From Octopus sinensis (Eukaryota): DNA of 64,000 bases. A program made the position numbers and the translations under genes. The notes under the pieces were generated by a model that saw only the letters and a list, made by a program, of their open reading frames with translations, had not been told where the DNA came from and did no database searches. How positions within the stretch are numbered: position 1 is the stretch's first letter; every line of letters starts with the position of its first letter. The DNA is taken from contig NC_043012.1 in NCBI RefSeq assembly GCF_006345805.1, positions 55,738,001 through 55,802,000 on the forward strand, written 5' to 3'. Positions 1-13,798 of this stretch are shown piece by piece.

Positions 1-382
1 CAAGCAAGCCATTGGTCAAGGGAATTGTTTTTTAAATAAACTTTTTTGGCCAGATTGGCTTATTGTCCTCTACTTTAAAAAATGGATTTACTGACAGGTC
101 TTTTGTCAAATGGAACTTTTGTCTAGTAAATCATTTGTCAAGTGAACTGTTTGTCAAACAAATTTTTTGCCAGATTGACTTATTGTCCTCTACTTTGTCA
201 AATGGACTTCTTGTTGATGGGTCTTTTGTCAAATGGACCATTTGTCAAGCAAAACATTTGTCAAAAGGATCGTTTGTCAAACTTTTTGCCAGATTGGTTT
301 ATCATCCTTACTTCATCAAGAGGACTCCTTATCAAAAGGATCATTTATCAGGCAAGCCATTCACCAAGGGAACTGTTTGTCA
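1..382. repeat. Higher-order minisatellite: ~120-bp unit built from ~15-bp subunits (TTTGTCAAATGGACC-like); runs off the window start
   Basis: GCCAGATT recurs at 49, 169 and 288 (spacing 120, 119). TTTGTCAA recurs about every 15 bp. ORF 63..479 reflects the multiple-of-3 periodicity. Confidence 0.85.
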
Positions 383-1661
383 CTATAAACACATATATAT
401 ATATATAAAGCGGCCACCCTGTGTAGTCTTCCCACCTCACACATCCAAACTTATGCCACTGTTACTGCTACCAAAGTAGTCTTTACTTCTTGGAGCTGGT
501 CAGTCTTATACCCCTCTATTCAGACACTTCCTACACACACACACACCACACACACACACACTCTCTCTCTGCTTGTCATCCATATTGTATCCACTGCCAC
601 AAGGCCAGCAATAACCATTATGCCTAAAATGTTGGCCCTGAGGAATTTTTTAAAATTCCTGCATCTGTTCAAGATAGACATTAGTCACATGAAGACAGAG
701 AAGGTGAAACTCTGAGTATCAACTCATACATACTAACTTTCAAATAAATCATGGTTTTCCATTTTATCCAACAATATTGAAGACTTAATTGCTTAATTGC
801 AATTTTCACCAATATGTAAACACTATCTGCTATGATGCAGAAATGGTTACATCTCTCTCTATATGTGTGTATACAGATGTGTGTGTGTGTGTGTGTGTTT
901 ATTGGTATGCATATATTAAGGTTATTTCCCGGTGAAGGCATCATGGTGTGAATATATACAGATGATATATGAGTGAGTGTGTGTGCGTATATATATATGT
1001 ATGTGAGCAACTATGATATAAGGCTGAATGAGTTTCCTGCAAGCTCAGGATTACAACACAGTATTTAAAGTGAATTAGCAGAGAACCTTCCACAGCTATA
1101 CAAGTAATTGCTTCATAATTGTGTGATAATAATAATAACAATAATAATAATAATAATACAACAGCAACAGCAGTTTGTTGTCCGGAACCACACAAGCCTT
1201 AAATGATTAATTACTACAACAGATAACTATTCCTGATGTGACGTCATTTGAACTATAATGAACGTCTGACATAGGTACGCAAAGTCACAAATTAACTGGG
1301 TGGTGGTGGTGGTGGTGGTGGTGGTGGGAAGATGTAGTTGCTTATATGAACTCCCTCTCCCTTCTCTATTATTTGGATGGTGGTACTTTCGGGATGTTCG
1401 AGAAAGGATGAAAATTACAGGAGGTGAGTAATAGTAAAAAAAAATGGTAAAGGATCAGACTACGCAATCTAAAACTATTTACTTTTCTCATTCCATATTT
1501 GGTGTTCAGAAACCATTGTGGTTTCTGAACTTTGCCCTTCATCTTCCAAACACATATATTTTTTGGTTCTTTCTTCTTTCTAAAAAGTGTATGAGAGTGG
1601 TAAGCATGGTTGAGTTAGATGGTCTTGTTATGCACCTGTCGACCATGGGTAGAATTTGAGA

Positions 1662-1876
1662 GACGGCACTCACTTTTGGTAATCACACAGGACAAAATGC
1701 TTAGTGGCATTTCATCCATCTTCACATTCTAAGTTCAAATTCCTCCAAGGTTGACTTTGCCTTTCATCCTTTTGGGGGTTGATAAAATAAGCACTAGTTG
1801 ATCACCAGGGGCAAAGCAATTGACTTAGCCTTTCTCCCAAAATTATGGGCCTTGTGCCAAAATTTGAAACCATTAT
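1662..1876 (+). mobile_element. tRNA-derived SINE family B, degenerate
   Basis: Matches other B copies: AAATGCTTAG...GTTCAAATTCC...GACTTTGCCTTTCATCCTTT...GGCCTTGTGCC. Confidence 0.75.
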
Positions 1877-1951
1877 TAATTTTGTCTTTGATACTTTCAG
1901 ATTTGATAAAATGATGTACCAGCTAAATACTAGTGTCAATTTAAAATGACT

Positions 1952-2079
1952 AACAGGGGTCACCACCACCACACCCTGCCGGAGCCTCTTGGAGCTCTAG
2001 GTGTTTTCACTCAATAAACAAACCATGATCCTCTGACCACGAGTCTGCTGCCCTAACCACTGGGCCATTGCGCCTCCAC
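1952..2079 (-). mobile_element. SINE family C, 5' fragment
   Basis: Reverse complement begins GTGGAGGCGCAATGGCCCAGTGGTTAGGGCAGC, as in the full copy at 58602-58986. Confidence 0.8.
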
Positions 2080-2404
2080 CTTGTGCCAATAGTAGAAAGA
2101 ATTATTATCATTATCATTATTATTTTTATTATAATTATTGTACTTGTTAAATAAACAATGGAAAGTCAAGTGTAAAGTTTGCAGTCAATTTAAACTTTTG
2201 GTCGATCACTTTATCAAATTACATGCTTGTGTTTCTGTCTTGGTTCTAAAACCATTGTTGTTTCTGGGCGTCAAATGTCTAAATTATACAGTTTATAATA
2301 GCTTTGACGAGAACAAAGAATATGCGCAGAGTGAAGATTTTGTGTAAAAGACTTTTTAATAGAAACAGAAATGAATGTACAAGAGATGCTGAAGATTGGT
2401 GCTT

Positions 2405-3118
<714 letters not shown>

Positions 3119-4213
3119 TAGTCACAAATTGCCAAATCAGTAAAAAAAAAAAAAAAATTAACCAATCAAAAAGTAGAACCAAAGTTTCTTTTCTTTTTTT
3201 TTTCTTTTTTTTTTTAATCTTTTAGCCAAGAGGGAAAATAATGTTAGAGTCCATAACTCCCTCACAGAGTCTGAGACTCGTGAGAGGGAGACAGGTATTC
3301 TAAAACCAGAAACTTGGCTTTATTGCTTGCAGTAGAGGGGTTTGTGCTAAAAGCATCCAAGGGGAAGGTGGTGGGTGTTAAACCAGGCAACATGATTAAG
3401 TCTACTACCCATGTAGGCTGTAAGGGTATTTGAACTCAGAACACAAAGACCTAGAACAACTATCACAAGGCAGTCAATATGCTGTTGTTGTAGTTCTACC
3501 AATCTACCATCTTGGATTGGTACCTTTTTATTGACTTCAAAAAGATAAAAGGGAAAATTGACTTCAGTAGGAGTTGAACTCGGCGTGCAAGTAGTCCAAA
3601 CATATACAGCCAAGCATTCTGCCTAACGCTCTAACAACTCCGCCAATTTGCCCTACGAGTCAGCTGTTCCGGCACATCTCCCATGCCATCTTTGGAGGCA
3701 ACACCTTTTCTATTTTGTCCACTGGGACCTTGAGGCATGTTTATTCCCCTGCTGTGAGGAAGAGAAAAGGTATGATGAGTTAAGCAGGGTTCTTCATCAT
3801 TTATGCATTTTACTAATTTGTGATTCTGTTCATATTGTGTTTCTAATATAAGTTTTGTCATATCATAATGAATAAAGATGCTCATACGCTTGACACCAGA
3901 ACTTCCTATTGCTTGACTTTTCTTTAAATAGGTTTATTATTTATTTTCTACTTTTTCTCTCTCTTTGAGTATTATTTCCGTTAAAATAAAATTCAATTGT
4001 TTTCATTTAAATAAAATAAATTCCTGGATCCAGCCAAAAATTCTCCACTCAAATTTATTCTGGCGCCATGAATTATCTAAGATCAAAAGACACACTTATG
4101 TTGTCTTCCATTGGCTCTATCCACCTATACATAAAAAGGAGCCACAATCACACACAGTTTGCTGTTTTATTTCAGTTTCAATTTCAAAAGCACATTTAGG
4201 AGTGCAGTGTGCA

Positions 4214-4631
4214 GGCGTAGGAGTGGCTGTGTGGTAAGTAGCTTGCTTACGAACCACATGGTTCCGGGTTCAGTCCCACTGTGTGGCACTTTGGGCAAGT
4301 GTCTTCTACTATAGCTTCAGGCTGACCAAAGCCTTGTGACTGGATTTGGTAGACAGAAACTGAAAGAAGCCCATCGTATATATGTTTATATATATATATA
4401 TGTACATATATGTATGTATGTGTGTGTGTATATCTTTGTGTGTGTTTGTCCCCCAATATCGCTTGACAACCGATACTGGTGTGTTTACCTCCCCGTATCT
4501 TAGCAGTTTGGCAAAAGAGACCGATAGAATAAGTTCTAGTCTTACAAAGAATAAGTCCTGGGGTCAATTTGCTTGACTAAAGGCAGTGCTCCAGCATGGC
4601 CACAATCAAATGACTGAAACAAGTAAAAGAG
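4214..4631 (+). mobile_element. Full-length tRNA-derived SINE family A (CORE-SINE-like)
   Basis: Head GGAGTGGCTGTGTGGTAAG...GGTTCAGTCCC, then a CORE-like segment (CCTTGGGCAAGTGTCTTC in family consensus; CTTTGGGCAAG here), an internal microsatellite, and tail ...TGACTGAAACAAGTAAAAGAG. More than 10 copies in the window. Confidence 0.92.
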
Positions 4632-4927
4632 TATTTAAGACGGTTATGTAGTATAGTTCACTTTATCAGTTTTTTCAAACCTGTTAAAATAAAAAAACTT
4701 CATGATGTTCTACTGCTATAAAATATATTCTCACACACATTATATATAGATATGTATATATAAATACATAGATATGTATATATATATATATATATACATA
4801 TCTATGAAATTCCAACTTAGTCAGATTTTCACATTCCATTATTTACAATTTTACAGTAAAAAATGCAAATAATAAGATGTGAAAGTCAAACTTTCATTGA
4901 ATAATATATTCTTCTATACACAATCAT

Positions 4928-5174
4928 GTGGAGGTGTGTGACTTAGTGGTTAGGGTGTCAGCATCATGATCGTAAGAATGTGGTTTCGATTCCTGGACCA
5001 GGCGACGCGTTGTGTTCTTGAGCAAAACACTTCATTTCACATTGCTCCAGTCCACTCAGCTGGCAAAAATAGTAACACTGCGATGGACTGGCATCCTGTC
5101 CAGCTGGGGAACACATACACCATTGAAACTAGGAAACTGGGCCCATGAGCCTGGCTAGGCTTCAAAAGGGCGCC
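4928..5174 (+). mobile_element. tRNA-derived SINE family E
   Basis: A/B-box head (TGACTTAGTGG, GGTTTCGATTCC), CORE-like GTGTTCTTGAGCAAAACAC, and GCGATGGACTGGCATCCTGTCCAG. The tail is shared with family D. Confidence 0.75.
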
Positions 5175-5667
5175 ATATTAATATTCTTATTATACACAAT
5201 CATTTAAACTTGGATATATATATATATACTGAGAGAGAGAGAGAGATCTAAGTTAAACTTTTCCATTTAGTCATATCTGATAACTGCTGGTTTGTCTCTC
5301 CACACTTGGAAAGATCTTTAATATGAAACTATTCTATTGATGTAAATCAGCTTTTATGAGATTAAATTTATAATGATGTACAAATTAATGTGTGTATGGA
5401 AAGATAGGTGAAAATATTTGACACAGGGAAAATAAATCAGGTTATGTAGACATTTAAATAAATGTTCATATTAATGCATTGGACATTGCTATCCTTGGAT
5501 AGTCATGGCTGGTATGTATTTCAAAGGCCTACTCAGTCAGAGCTAGCCTGGTGCTAAACGACAGCAATATATCTTTTATCTTTCATTTACCTTTTACTTG
5601 TTTCAATCATCAGACTTTGGCCATGCTGGGGCACTGACTTCTAGATAAAAAGGCATAGCCAATCTTA

Positions 5668-5895
5668 TTTCTTTAAGCTCACAAGGAGCTACACACAGAG
5701 GGGACAAACAAGGACAGACAAATGGATTAAGTCGATTATATCGACCCCAGTGCGTAACTGGTACTTATTTAATCGACCCCGAAAGGATGAAAGGCAAAGT
5801 CGACCTCGGCGGAATTTGAACTCAGAACGTAGCGGCAGACGAAATACAGTTACACATTTCACCAGGTGCACTAACGTTTTTGCTAGCTCATCGCA
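5668..5895 (-). mobile_element. SINE family B' (B head/core, alternative tail)
   Basis: B core plus tail ...TTTGTCTGTCCTTGTTTGTCCCCTCTGTG..., also seen at 25526-25940 and 32901-33135. Confidence 0.85.
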
Positions 5896-6016
5896 GGATT
5901 TGATCTCTTGGAAGAATTTGATCCCTCACATTTTGTCCAATTCTACTGGTTTGCTGTATATTGTGTAAAAGTATGTATATGCATTAGTCTTTAGAATAGT
6001 ACTCATAAATCTTGAA

Positions 6017-6047
<31 letters not shown>

Positions 6048-6429
6048 AACAATTGATCTTAGAAAACCCTAGTTCTTGACTGATATTCATTTTAGAGAGC
6101 CCTGGGAAAATACAAAAGTAAAGTTGACCAAAAGATTAAAGCTCGTAACTAAATATTGCAAGGTATTTTTAATTGTCACTCCACTGATTCTTGCATACCA
6201 CCGACTTTCATTTCAAAGATAAAATTAAACTAGATCACAAACCGTATTGTCAAGAATGATAAGTAAACCGTATCATAAACATGTTTTTTAGTGCAGAACT
6301 GCAAAGGGAAAAGAACCACAAAACATCAGTGAATGTTCACAAAATACTGGACCATCAAGAAGCAGAGACCATTAAGAATAGAGAATAATAAAAGAGAAGG
6401 AAATCAATCAAAAATCAATGGAAATTGTA

Positions 6430-6753
6430 GTTGTGATACCAGTGCTGGTGGCACGTAAGAAGATCCATCCAAATGTGGCCGTTGCCAGCGCTGCCTCGAC
6501 TGGCCTCCATGCCGGTGGCATGTAAAAAGCACCAACCGATCTTGGCCGTTGCCAGCCTCACCTGGCACCTGTGCCGGTGGCACGTAAAAAGCACCCACTA
6601 CACTCACGGAGTGGTTGGAGTTAGGAAGGGCATCCAGCTGTAGAAACACTGCCAAATCAGACTGGTGCCTGGTGCAGCCTCCTGGCTTCCCAGACCCCGG
6701 TCGAACTGTCCAACCCATGGAAAACAGACGTTAAACGATGATGATGATGATGA
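6430..6753 (+). mobile_element. Family F non-autonomous retroposon (RTE-related) with (GAT)n tail
   Basis: Three ~62-67-bp units containing TGCCGGTGGCACGTAAAAAGCACC, then TTAGGAAGGGCATCCAGC and ...GTTAAACGATGATGATG. Related fragments at 28386-28545 (-) and 29027-29200 (+). Confidence 0.7.
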
Positions 6754-8323
6754 AGCAGGGGTGGGGAGAAGAATACTTTTGGACCCCAAAAATCTAGCTT
6801 GTAACATTCTTGCATGGTTAAGAAGCTCACTTTGCAACTACGGGTTTCTGGTTCAGTCCCACTATGTGGCAGCTTGGGCAAGCATCTTCTATTATAGCCT
6901 TGAGATTAGGTCTTCTACCGTGCCTTGTGACCTTGTGAATGAATCTGGAAGACAGAATCTATGTGGAGTTTGTGTGTGTGTGAGTGTGTGTATGTAAGTA
7001 TGTATGTACACACACACACATGTATATATATATATACACACGCATATATATTTTTCTAGGATTGGGGCTAAAACACTTAAATGAAGTAAACAAATAAAAA
7101 TTAATTAATAATACAAGAAAAAGCAGCCAATTCTCTTGAAGCAGAAAAAGGAAACAGAGCTACACGAACAATTCTAGTCAAAAAGAGTAAAGGAGACAAC
7201 CTCAAAATCTTAATCAAAAAACATTTAGAGCTTGGTTCATGCTGAAGAATCTGATTTTAGATAAAGGGTGACAACTCTGAACATGTTTCTGCCTCATTGG
7301 ATTTCCTCTGAGAAGCATAGTCATTGCTGTTTAAACAACGATAAAAATCTGGTACTGCGTTGGTCCATTTTAGGAAAGAAATAGAAGTGGTTCGCAGACG
7401 ATAAACCATAAGGTGTACCTAGATGTGCTGCGGGATTAAAAAAATATATAACCTAAATCTTGAGAGAATCTGCATTAATGCTTGGGCGTTTTCAAAAACC
7501 TGTTATTCACAATTTTGTAATACATATTCTATGATAAATAAAATAAAGTAAGTAATAAATAAATACTTTTATTTCCTAAATTTTAAATTTAAAACAGTAT
7601 ATTGCATTTAAAAAAAAAAACAACCTTCCGTGCTAAATGCGTCAATAATTTTTCATCTCAAGAGTTTTGCGAGGCCAAGACGACTGTAAGCTACTAGGGT
7701 GTGATGTGATTCGAAGGACATTTTGCTGCTATTTCTAACTGGTCGCTCGCGCGATCGTGTACGTGTAGAGAGAGAGAGACTGGCTCCGTTCGCTCGTCTA
7801 AAAATACTTTTAATTTGTAGGCGGTCATCTTAAACATAATAATAATAACATCAACAGATTTTTAGTATGTCTATAGCAGAATTAATTCTAAATTGCTACG
7901 AGTCCAACATCCGTAAAAACTTATCTAAATATTTCTGACAGGAAGATGAGGAGCTAAAACCTCGTCACACACACACACACACACACAGTTCATCATGTTC
8001 TTTAGAAAGATTGACGTCTTGAAAAGCCGAAGAAGGATGGAATTTCACTGCCAAATGTTTTTTGATAGTAGATTCTTTTATCCTTGTATAGTAAAAGGCC
8101 TGGACGAGTAGGCGCTCAATACATACACAAATACGTAAATACGCGCCCGTACATACTTTGGCGGCGCTAAATGGAAGAAGCTAAGCATGTCGCGTTATAC
8201 CGTCTCTCTCTCTCTCTTCCTCCTTCTCTCTCTCTCTTCCTCCTTCTCTATCTCTCTTTTCCTCTTTCTCACTCTCACATACACACAAAGAATGTATTAT
8301 ATATATTTATATATATATGGATC

Positions 8324-8365
<42 letters not shown>

Positions 8366-9210
8366 AACTCTTATATATATATATAAGATATATATATATA
8401 TATGTGTATATATATAAAGAGAGAGATAGATATATATAGATATGAGTTTATATGTGTATATATATAATCATGTATGTATATATATGTTTGTGTGTGGATG
8501 TGAGCAAATTGCCGAACCTATATGGAACTAGGCACGTTAGCAGATATTACACACACACACATAATCACACATAATCTACATACACTCACACTATGACGCC
8601 TTCACCGGGAAATAACCTTAACGGAATGTTTCAAGTAGATGACATTTTCTCAAAAAGAAAGAGAAAAAAAAAGAATAAAGAAGAAAAAAAAAAGGACTAA
8701 GGAAAGAGAAAAAGAAAAAAAATAGTTTTGTGACCGTTGATATATTTATTATATGTTGCCATTACAGCCATCCATATATAGCCATCAGAATGTAAAGTAT
8801 CAGAAATTCCAAGTTAGTTTTCGATGATTTGGTAGGAGAATACTTACGAGAAGCTTCTCCCACAAAGTATTCGCAAGTAGATACGGACAAATGTTTTTAC
8901 AGAAGCACTGAATGTAGTCTATTTTGTCCCTCTTTTACCCCACCCCCCACCTCCGCCTCAAATAGCTTTGATCATTCCTTTCATAACTCCGTGTATGTTA
9001 GAGGCAGCAATTCTTTTTTTTTTTTCCTCTCCAAGCAATCAACACATGCCTTTAGCCTGGGTTGCCCTGTTCTGCCAGTGGAGAACTGACTTGATCTTTC
9101 TCTCACACACACACACACTCTCTCGTACACACGTACACTCATTCAGGCGTACTTATCTGAATAGTATTAAGAGTATGTGTCGCATGTATGTACAAATATA
9201 CTCTTTTTAC

Positions 9211-9596
9211 TCTCTTTTACTTGTTTCAGTCATTTGACTGCGGCCATGCTGGAGCACCGCCTTTAGTCGAGCAAATCGACCCCGGGACTTATTCTTTGTA
9301 AGCCCAGTACTTATTCTATCGGTCTCTTTTGCCGAACCGCTAAGTGACGGGGACGTAAACACATCAGCAATGCTAGGGGGACAAACACAGACACACAAAC
9401 ATATACACACACACTTATATATATAAACATATATACGACAGGCTTCTTTCAGTTTCCGTCTACCAAATCCACTCACAAGGCATTGGTCGGCCCGGGGCTA
9501 TAGCAGAAGACACTTGCCCAAGATGCCACGCAGTGGGACTGAACCCGGAACCATGTGGTTGGTTAGCAAGCTACTTACCACACAGCCACTCCTGTG
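9211..9596 (-). mobile_element. Full-length SINE family A
   Basis: Reverse complement aligns end to end with 4214-4631. Confidence 0.92.
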
Positions 9597-9733
9597 TGGG
9601 TATTTGACTATGTGATTGTGTGTGCGTGTATATGTATGTAGGCAGGTATATATTTATATATGTAAAACTATTCACGCTTTATCATCATTGTATTTTACAC
9701 ACACACACACACACATACATATATATATACACA

Positions 9734-9764
<31 letters not shown>

Positions 9765-10405
9765 AATTTGAATATGGATGTTGTGTAGTCTTTAAAACTA
9801 CAACTTTGGCCAAACATCTACTAGGCTTTCAAGATGTCTGACTATGCTCTTGCTAGAGGTGATTATATTTACACATTTATCATACTTTTCTATTACTTTT
9901 CAAAGAAGTGCCAGCATAAAGAGGAACATTGAGACAAACACACAAACACACACATGCAACATAATATAAACATATATACACATACACACACATGTGCATA
10001 GCAGGCTAATGTATGGCTACCATCAGCTAATTTCATGCATAAAACATTGGTCAAGCTGAGACCATAATAAAAGACTTCTCCAAGATGTTGCACAGTGAGT
10101 TTGAACTCGAGACTAAGTGGTTGAAAGTGGACTTCTTGATCAAACAGTCATGATGATACCTTACATTCTGAATTTAAAATCCTGCGGAGATTGACCTCGC
10201 CTTACCCCAACCTTCCGCAGGAGTTGTTAATACAAGCACCAGTTAATAATTAACAGGTTTCATTAAGTTGCTTCGCACTTCCCCCCAAATCTTCTGGCCT
10301 TGTCTCATTGTCAGAAGTCATTATTTAAGTAATTCTATTTAGAAATACTTGAAGTAAAATAAATAAAGTGTTCCACTATACCCAGAGTACAATGACTGGA
10401 AGTGT

Positions 10406-10485
<80 letters not shown>

Positions 10486-11021
10486 CAAATAAAAATTACG
10501 AGAATAAATAACTTAAGTAAAAAGAGTTAATCATATGTCACCATGACATATGCATGCTTCTATGTGACTGCAATATAACAATTACCATCCTTATAATACT
10601 AACTAATCACAATACAATTATCTACACTTGATCATCCCACCACTTGCTTATGCTCATACATAGTGGGTCAGATTAATGTATGGCCCAATATGGACCATAT
10701 CTCAGGGGTATCTTTAACTCAGTGAAGCCAAAAGCTTGAAGTTAAAAATTAAGAAATATAATTTGCAGCAATTAAGGTAAGTTGTAATTTCTTTTTGTTT
10801 AAATTGTTTTTAGTCCATTAGAATTTATTTAAAATCATTAAGTCCCTTGTAATCTATTGGCTTGTAAAGCCATTAAATTTAAGTCCCACTAAATCTAGTA
10901 AAGCCCTTATTAAGTTTTGGGGCTTCTTCAAACTATTTGGAGCCCCTCTTTAATATCTTATGTTTTGAATTAGGTTCAATATTAAATTGGTTAACAAACT
11001 TTCCAGTTTGTTTAATATCAA

Positions 11022-11237
11022 CCCTTTCTATTGTGGGCACAAGGCCTGAAATTTGGATGGAGTAGGGTTAGTTGATTACATCAACCCCAGTATTTGACTG
11101 TTACTTATTTTAGCAACCCCAAAACAATGAAAGGTAAAGTCAACCATGGCAGAATTTGAACTCAGAATGTGAAGACAGACAAAATACCGCTCAGCATTTT
11201 GTCTGGTGTGCTAATGATTCTGCCAGCTCACCACCTT
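11022..11237 (-). mobile_element. SINE family B, left member of an inverted pair
   Basis: Reverse complement begins AAGGTGGTGAGCTGGCAGAATC; B core and tail present. Confidence 0.8.
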
Positions 11238-11265
11238 AAGTTTGTCTTAATATTAGTAAAAGAAA

Positions 11266-11424
11266 AAGGCGGTGAGCTGGCAGAAACATTAACAGGCTGG
11301 GCAAAATGCTTGGCAGTATTTCGTCTGTCTTTATGTTCTGAGTTCAAATTCCACTTAGGTCAACTTTGCCTTTCATTCTTTTGTGGTTGATAAATTAAGT
11401 ACCAGTTGCATACTGGGATCGATC
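11266..11424 (+). mobile_element. SINE family B, 3'-truncated right member of an inverted pair
   Basis: AAGGCGGTGAGCTGGCAGAAAC...GTTCAAATTCC...AAGTACCAGTTGCATACTGG. Confidence 0.8.
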
Positions 11425-12104
11425 AAGAGTATAGTAGGTTTCTTTTACATGCCACCAGTTAGAAAATACTGGCATCGGCCAGAACTATGATTTCACTTGG
11501 CTTGACAAGTCTTCTCAAGCATGGTATATTCCCAAAGGTCTCAATCACTTGTCACTGCCTCCGTGAGGCCCAAAGTTCAAAGAATGCTAAAATATGTGTC
11601 AGCAGATCAGATAAGTGACACAGGTACCGGCCACGAATATGGTTTCACTGAGCTTGACTTTGCACGTATTCATGTTCTTATTTTGCTAGCTTGCATGACA
11701 CTATGAAGGATGAGTTAAACCTGTTTGTCAACCAGGCAAACTGAGGACCAGACTAACCAAGTCAAAATGAGTTACAATCCTTGCATGTGGTAGAGGAGTG
11801 GGGCAGGAAGAGGGCATAAATGACAACTGTATTAAAGGCCTGTAAAAACCTGTTTTCATTCTACGAGGTCAGAGCTCTTAAAGTATAAAATCTTAAGTGG
11901 CTTTAGGTAAACAACAATTCAGCTTAGAGCTACATGGATTAAAGTTGATTAACAAGATATAGATAGAGTAATTGGAATTTGTGTGAGTTTCTACTTTAAG
12001 AAAAATTAGGGTAAGAAGGAGCCTAAAAGAATTGTTTAATGGTGTTGCGCTTTGTGAATGACCTGAAGAAATATGAAGAGATAATATCAGACATCTTGTA
12101 AATT

Positions 12105-12600
12105 TTGTTTCAATCATTGGGTGGTGGCCATGCTGGGGCACTGCCATGATGGAACATTGCCTCGAAGGGTTTAATTGAAGAAATTGACTCCAGCTCTTAT
12201 TTTTTCAAGTCTGTGGCATATTCAGTCAGTCTCATTTGTCAAACTGCTAAGGCATGTGGATGTAAACAAATTGACACTGTTTGTCAAGTGGTGCTGGTAG
12301 TGGGGAACAAACACAAACACAATAATATACACACATATGCACGTATCATCATCATCATCATCATTTTGATGTTCCTGTTCCTTGCTGGTCTTGAATGTTG
12401 CAAACCCTCTCTCTCTCCACATATATATATATATATGTATGTATGTATGTATGTATATGGTGGGTTACCAAACACTTTCTGTCTATCAAATTCATTTACA
12501 AGGCATTAGTTGGCCATGGGGTATAGAAGATACTTGCTGTACAGTAGGACTGAACCTGAGACCACATGGTTGCAAAGAGTGCTTCTTAACCACATAACCA
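12105..12600 (-). mobile_element. SINE family A, degenerate
   Basis: Tail (GGCCATGCTGGGGCAC) and head (GACTGAACCTGAGACCACATGG) are recognisable in reverse complement. Confidence 0.6.
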
Positions 12601-13165
12601 TTGGCAATGAATGTAGCATATTGTATTTATAACCAAGGGAAACTACACTGATTGGAGAAAAGAAGGGGGGTTTCAAAGTGGTCACCGAAGAGACTAGAAA
12701 CGGCAGCGAAATTGCCTTCAAAGCACACCTTACCACCTTAAATAAGAGTAGATAATGTAACCCTAGATATGCTCCGACTGAAAATAGGATTGGATAGTCA
12801 TGGATGGCATAAGACTTTGTCTTTCATCCTTCCGTGGTCGATAAATTAAGTCCTATGCTGTTAAGCATTTTGTCCGGCATGCTAATGATTCTACACGCTC
12901 CCCAAATAATAAAAGAAGTGAATTAGAACCAGTGTGTGTTTAATATTGACATAATGACCCTCCCCAGGTTACAACAAAACATATTCTAACACACGAGTTT
13001 ACATTGAGAATGTTGCAAACCATATATAAAAAAACAAAACAAATATTCTTGTCTCTCTTTTCTTTTTGTAAAAAAAAAAAAACAACTTAATGAGGTAGAT
13101 TTAAACTGTTATAAATTTGCTTTCATATCCTTAGAACTTTTATATCTATATCAAAAGTACTTTAA

Positions 13166-13384
13166 GGCGGCGAGCTGGCAGAAACGTTAACACGCCAGGC
13201 GAAATGCTTAGCGATATTTTGTCTGTCTTTAAGTTCTGAGTTCAACTTCCGCCGAGGTCGACTTTGTCTTTCATCCTTTCGTGGTCGATAAATTAAGTAC
13301 CAGTTGCGTACTGGGCTCGATCTAATCGACTGGCCCCCACCCCAAAAAATTTCGGGTCTTGTGTCTAGAGTAGAAAAGTATATT
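13166..13384 (+). mobile_element. Full-length SINE family B with TSD
   Basis: GGCGGCGAGCTGGCAGAAACG...GTTCAACTTCC...GTCTAGAGTAGAAAAG, flanked by AAAAGTACTTTAA (13153-13165) and AAAAGTACTTTTAA (13385-13398). Confidence 0.92.
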
Positions 13385-13798
13385 AAAAGTACTTTTAATC
13401 TTATACAACTGCTATTTGTAATAAAAATGAAATGAAAACAACAAAATATATTTTTAAAAAATGAAGATTTATACTAATGAAGTTTTACTGAAACTTTATA
13501 GGTCAAGGTTTGGGATTCTGGTTCATTTAAATTTAATAAACGGCACTAAAAGTATATATTTGTTTTCCCTTATATTTTACAGTGTTTAATTATAAATTAA
13601 TTAGTTTATAATTAAAATACTAGCTTTTAATGTTAAAGATTTTTATTATAATTAAAAATTTATACTTTAGTTCAATTGAAATATTTATTTTTCAACGTTG
13701 TTGGACATTCAGCTATGGCAGAGATGTTCTAAAACAATTTTATGTTGAATTATTAATATTTATTTATTAATGGTGGAAGATTGCCGAAATGGTCGGAA

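Noticed and set aside
3654-3754. Possible minus-strand exon after a strong pyrimidine tract/CAG (RGINMPQGPSGQNRKG...)
   Set aside because: No recognisable homology, weak donor, no compatible partner exon.
6430-6600. CRISPR-like repeat-spacer pattern
   Set aside because: Eukaryotic context, inter-repeat segments resemble each other, no cas genes; part of retroposon family F.
8848-8907. Possible 60-nt minus-strand exon ending at GTAAGTAT
   Set aside because: Good donor only; the acceptor is poor and the peptides are unrecognisable.
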